A stretch of 64,000 nucleotides of DNA from Paracoccaceae bacterium (GTDB lineage: Bacteria > Pseudomonadota > Alphaproteobacteria > Rhodobacterales > Rhodobacteraceae), in the NCBI GenBank assembly GCA_902633655.1, contig CACPHA010000001.1, positions 1,263 through 65,262 on the forward strand, read 5' to 3'. Numbering within the stretch: position 1 is the first letter of the stretch; each line of letters starts with the position of its first letter. The notes under the pieces were generated by a model. The model was not told the DNA's origin. It worked only from the letters and a program-made list of their open reading frames with translations, and searched no databases. Below are positions 62,401 through 64,000 of the stretch, piece by piece. A program made the position numbers and the translations under genes.

Positions 62401-64000
62401 CGTTGACCAATGTCACGATCAGACACGCCTTGTTACTATCAGACGTTGCGACTACGGTGCAGATGATAGCCACACCAAACGGTGATCGTTTCGATTTCGA
62501 GATCTGTAGCCTATGCACCAAAGAGACCAGTGTTGAATGGCTTCAGCACACGACTGGAACACTTGAACGCAGACTACCCAGCCCGGCAGCTTCAATCGAT
62601 ATCGAAAAAGAATTAGCACACTTTATACAGCCGGTTGACACCGAAGAGCTCTCCGCTCGATTTGAGGCACGCGGTCTGGAATATTTTCCACGCTTCCGTG
62701 CAATCGAAGCTATCTTTAAGCCGGCCGGTGCATTGGATGATGATTTCGGAACTGCGTTAGCTCGCATTGAACTTCCAAAAGAAGCTGTTTTGCCTGGCGA
62801 TAGTTATCGCCTGCATCCAGTAATTACGGATGCAAGTTTCCGAATTGCAGAGGCTATTTTTCGAGATAAAGACGCCGAGCAGATCTACTTACCGTTTGGT
62901 ATATCGGGTTTCAGCTGCGACCACGCAGCTAGCGGAACGGTCTGGGTCAAAGCAACGGCACGCCAGCAAGATCGAACACGCGTTGTGGACCTGGAACTAT
63001 TTGACGAGACCGGCGAACGGGTTGCCTTCGTTGAACAACTTACTCTGCGCTCAGTTCCGATTTTTAGTCTAAAGCGCACCATTTCCAAACCACTCGCAAC
63101 AAAGGATGTCCTGAACGATTGGCTATATCAGCTGGTGTGGGAAAATAAACAATCGAAAGAAGTCACTGCTGCTGCAAACCCAGGTACATGGCTGTTGTTG
63201 GCAGACAATAGCGGCATTACATCTTCAGTCCTTGCTATAATGAAAGAGGCAGGTCAAAAAGTACAAGTTGCTAAATCGACAGACACCGCCTGCGAATTTT
63301 TAAGTTCTAAAAAAGCTCAAAACCTTAGTGGCATCCTTCACCTTTGGGCAATAAACAGCAGCGAAAAAAGCCCGAATGCCTCACTTTTGGCTAGCCTAAA
63401 AGTTGTCCAAAGGCTAAGTAAAGTTAACGGGACCGGGAAGCACTGGTTTGTTACAAAAGGCTCGCAAGCAATTGATTCCAGCGATTTGGTTTCGCCCTGG
63501 CAAAGCCAATTTTGGGGCTTTGGACGGACGCTTCAAGTCGAGCAGCCAGAAATTTTAGGCGGATGTATTGACCTAGATCCCGCTTCGAGTGACATCCAAA
63601 AAGATCTTAACTTGCTTGTGTCAGAACTTTTCAACCCTGAACGTGAAACTGAGGTAGCCTTTCGTCAAGGAATCCGTTGGGTGGCGAGGCTAACCAAAGC
63701 TGGCGTAGTCGAGGGTATGCGCGACCCTCTGACACTTGATTCTAACGCATCTTATTTAATCACGGGCGGAGTTGGCGCACTTGGATTACAGGTTGCACAA
63801 TATCTGGCATCTCAAGGCGCCTGTCACCTAGTACTAACTGGACGCAGTGGTGTTTCAACCGATGACCAACGCACATCACTTCAAGCTCTGCAGGATGCGG
63901 GTGTCAAAGTTGAAATTGTTGCTGCCGATATCAGTGATGAAAAGGATGTCAAAAAGGTACTTGCAACGGCACCACATCTCCGTGGGATCGTACATGCAGC
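59442..64000 (+). CDS. Cis-AT type I polyketide synthase, KS-AT-DH-KR(partial); continues beyond the window
   Basis: Hand-translated single frame from ATG 59442 to the window end: EPIAIIGMGCRYPG, DPQQR, DTACSSS (Cys 60078-60080), HGTGT (60483), GHL (His 60597), AT FTGQG, GHSIG (61413), HAFH (61716), DH DHRVFGNVVFP (His 62307) and HPVITD, KR YLITGGVGALG (GG at 63765), RGIVHA at the edge. Confidence 0.95.
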   Translation, partial: MSNEMWLDGGRPQTLEDANAEILRLQDELAAREIDDTSREPIAIIGMGCRYPGGVRNPNEFWNLLSSGQDILSDIPGTRWNVDEYYDPEITVPGKVYVRQGYFLDDIDKFDPQFFGLSPREAESLDPQQRLVMEVSWETLEHAGIPPTSLKGEKTGVFIGQYWDDYSSQRIYSADNREIDRYAQLSALRGLTAGRICHVLDSRGPAIQLDTACSSSSLAVHLACQSLRNGESNLALAGGVSLVLAPEHLIGICQMTALSPDGRCKTFDSSANGFGQGEGCGIIALKRLSDAQSNGDTVLAIVQGSAANHDGQARTVTTPSGPAQRAMLRDALADAGLKADQIDFVETHGTGTPLGDPIEVSAIARVLCQDRTKPLYLGAVKANVGHLDSAAGIAGLMKVVLSLQHETIPLHINFSEPNRHIPWDEWPIKIPMKNTAWQGKERFAGISAFGMSGTNVHLIIGQAPEPVKRSQQQSVDNFSEQILTLSAKAPGALSELAKRFSQFLDHEDSGKEVNLSQLCFSAATSRSHFPHRAAFLARNQLDLSQAVNEFAAGNSSVSAASGVAERRSPKLAFLFTGQGAQYVGMGKELYERYPVFRATMDQCAKLLEPHLDLPLLEVMWTGEALHQTAYTQSALFAIEYSLTKLFEEWGILPDLLLGHSIGEYAAACVAGVFPLEEALRLVAARGRLMQSLPPGGMMVSVAADETTVLSAIADDPLVSIAAVNAPQSTVFSGDGSRLAAIVARLESQRVKTTTLKVSHAFHSPMMDPILDQFREVAESVCFTAPKKTLISNVTGKPWDDTEISADYWVDHLRGAVRFSDGITFAQSQKFQTFLEIGPKPTLLSLGRASVSPKFGTWLPSIKPAVESSTLLNSLAQLYVCGVNINWKGFYDQSNLQRIHLPNYPWRYQRCWTDFVSTRGNGQRLHPLVHRRIQNASKSAIFESNLSTSSPAYLDDHRVFGNVVFPASAFFEMAMVVARSIFGQDEVALTNVTIRHALLLSDVATTVQMIATPNGDRFDFEICSLCTKETSVEWLQHTTGTLERRLPSPAASIDIEKELAHFIQPVDTEELSARFEARGLEYFPRFRAIEAIFKPAGALDDDFGTALARIELPKEAVLPGDSYRLHPVITDASFRIAEAIFRDKDAEQIYLPFGISGFSCDHAASGTVWVKATARQQDRTRVVDLELFDETGERVAFVEQLTLRSVPIFSLKRTISKPLATKDVLNDWLYQLVWENKQSKEVTAAANPGTWLLLADNSGITSSVLAIMKEAGQKVQVAKSTDTACEFLSSKKAQNLSGILHLWAINSSEKSPNASLLASLKVVQRLSKVNGTGKHWFVTKGSQAIDSSDLVSPWQSQFWGFGRTLQVEQPEILGGCIDLDPASSDIQKDLNLLVSELFNPERETEVAFRQGIRWVARLTKAGVVEGMRDPLTLDSNASYLITGGVGALGLQVAQYLASQGACHLVLTGRSGVSTDDQRTSLQALQDAGVKVEIVAADISDEKDVKKVLATAPHLRGIVHA

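Noticed and set aside
59634..63088. Short ORFs listed in the track across the last 4.5 kb
   Set aside because: Alternative-frame or antisense shadows of the single uninterrupted PKS frame starting at 59442.

Overview
64 kb of a moderately AT-rich marine alphaproteobacterial chromosome; gene content points to a streamlined Rhodobacteraceae/Roseobacter-group genome (inferred). The left ~41 kb is mostly housekeeping and catabolic. It holds the 5' part of a Cys-type formate dehydrogenase alpha subunit (not in the ORF track), a saccharopine dehydrogenase pair, the RpoE-ChrR singlet-oxygen locus with its divergent FAD-oxidoreductase/DUF1365/MFS/SDR operon, pmbA, mutL-rmuC and mipZ. It also holds a homogentisate cluster (MarR, hmgA, fahA, MBL hydrolase, MhaAB-like hydroxylase, maiA), pobA, uvrB, cysK and a peptide-type ABC transporter with no adjacent binding protein. 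After tRNA-Gln(TTG) at 41557-41631 comes an accessory-looking block: a frameshifted class V aminotransferase, a Baeyer-Villiger monooxygenase, pepT, an orphan dimethylformamidase large-subunit homologue, and an ABC importer-aldehyde dehydrogenase-aryl alcohol dehydrogenase-flotillin operon. The best candidate for an undescribed system is at the right edge: a standalone ACP, a benzoate-CoA-ligase-family enzyme and a cis-AT type I PKS (KS-AT-DH-KR...). The PKS starts at 59442, is missing from the ORF track because it runs off the window, and both its KS and the ligase carry atypical substrate-pocket motifs.
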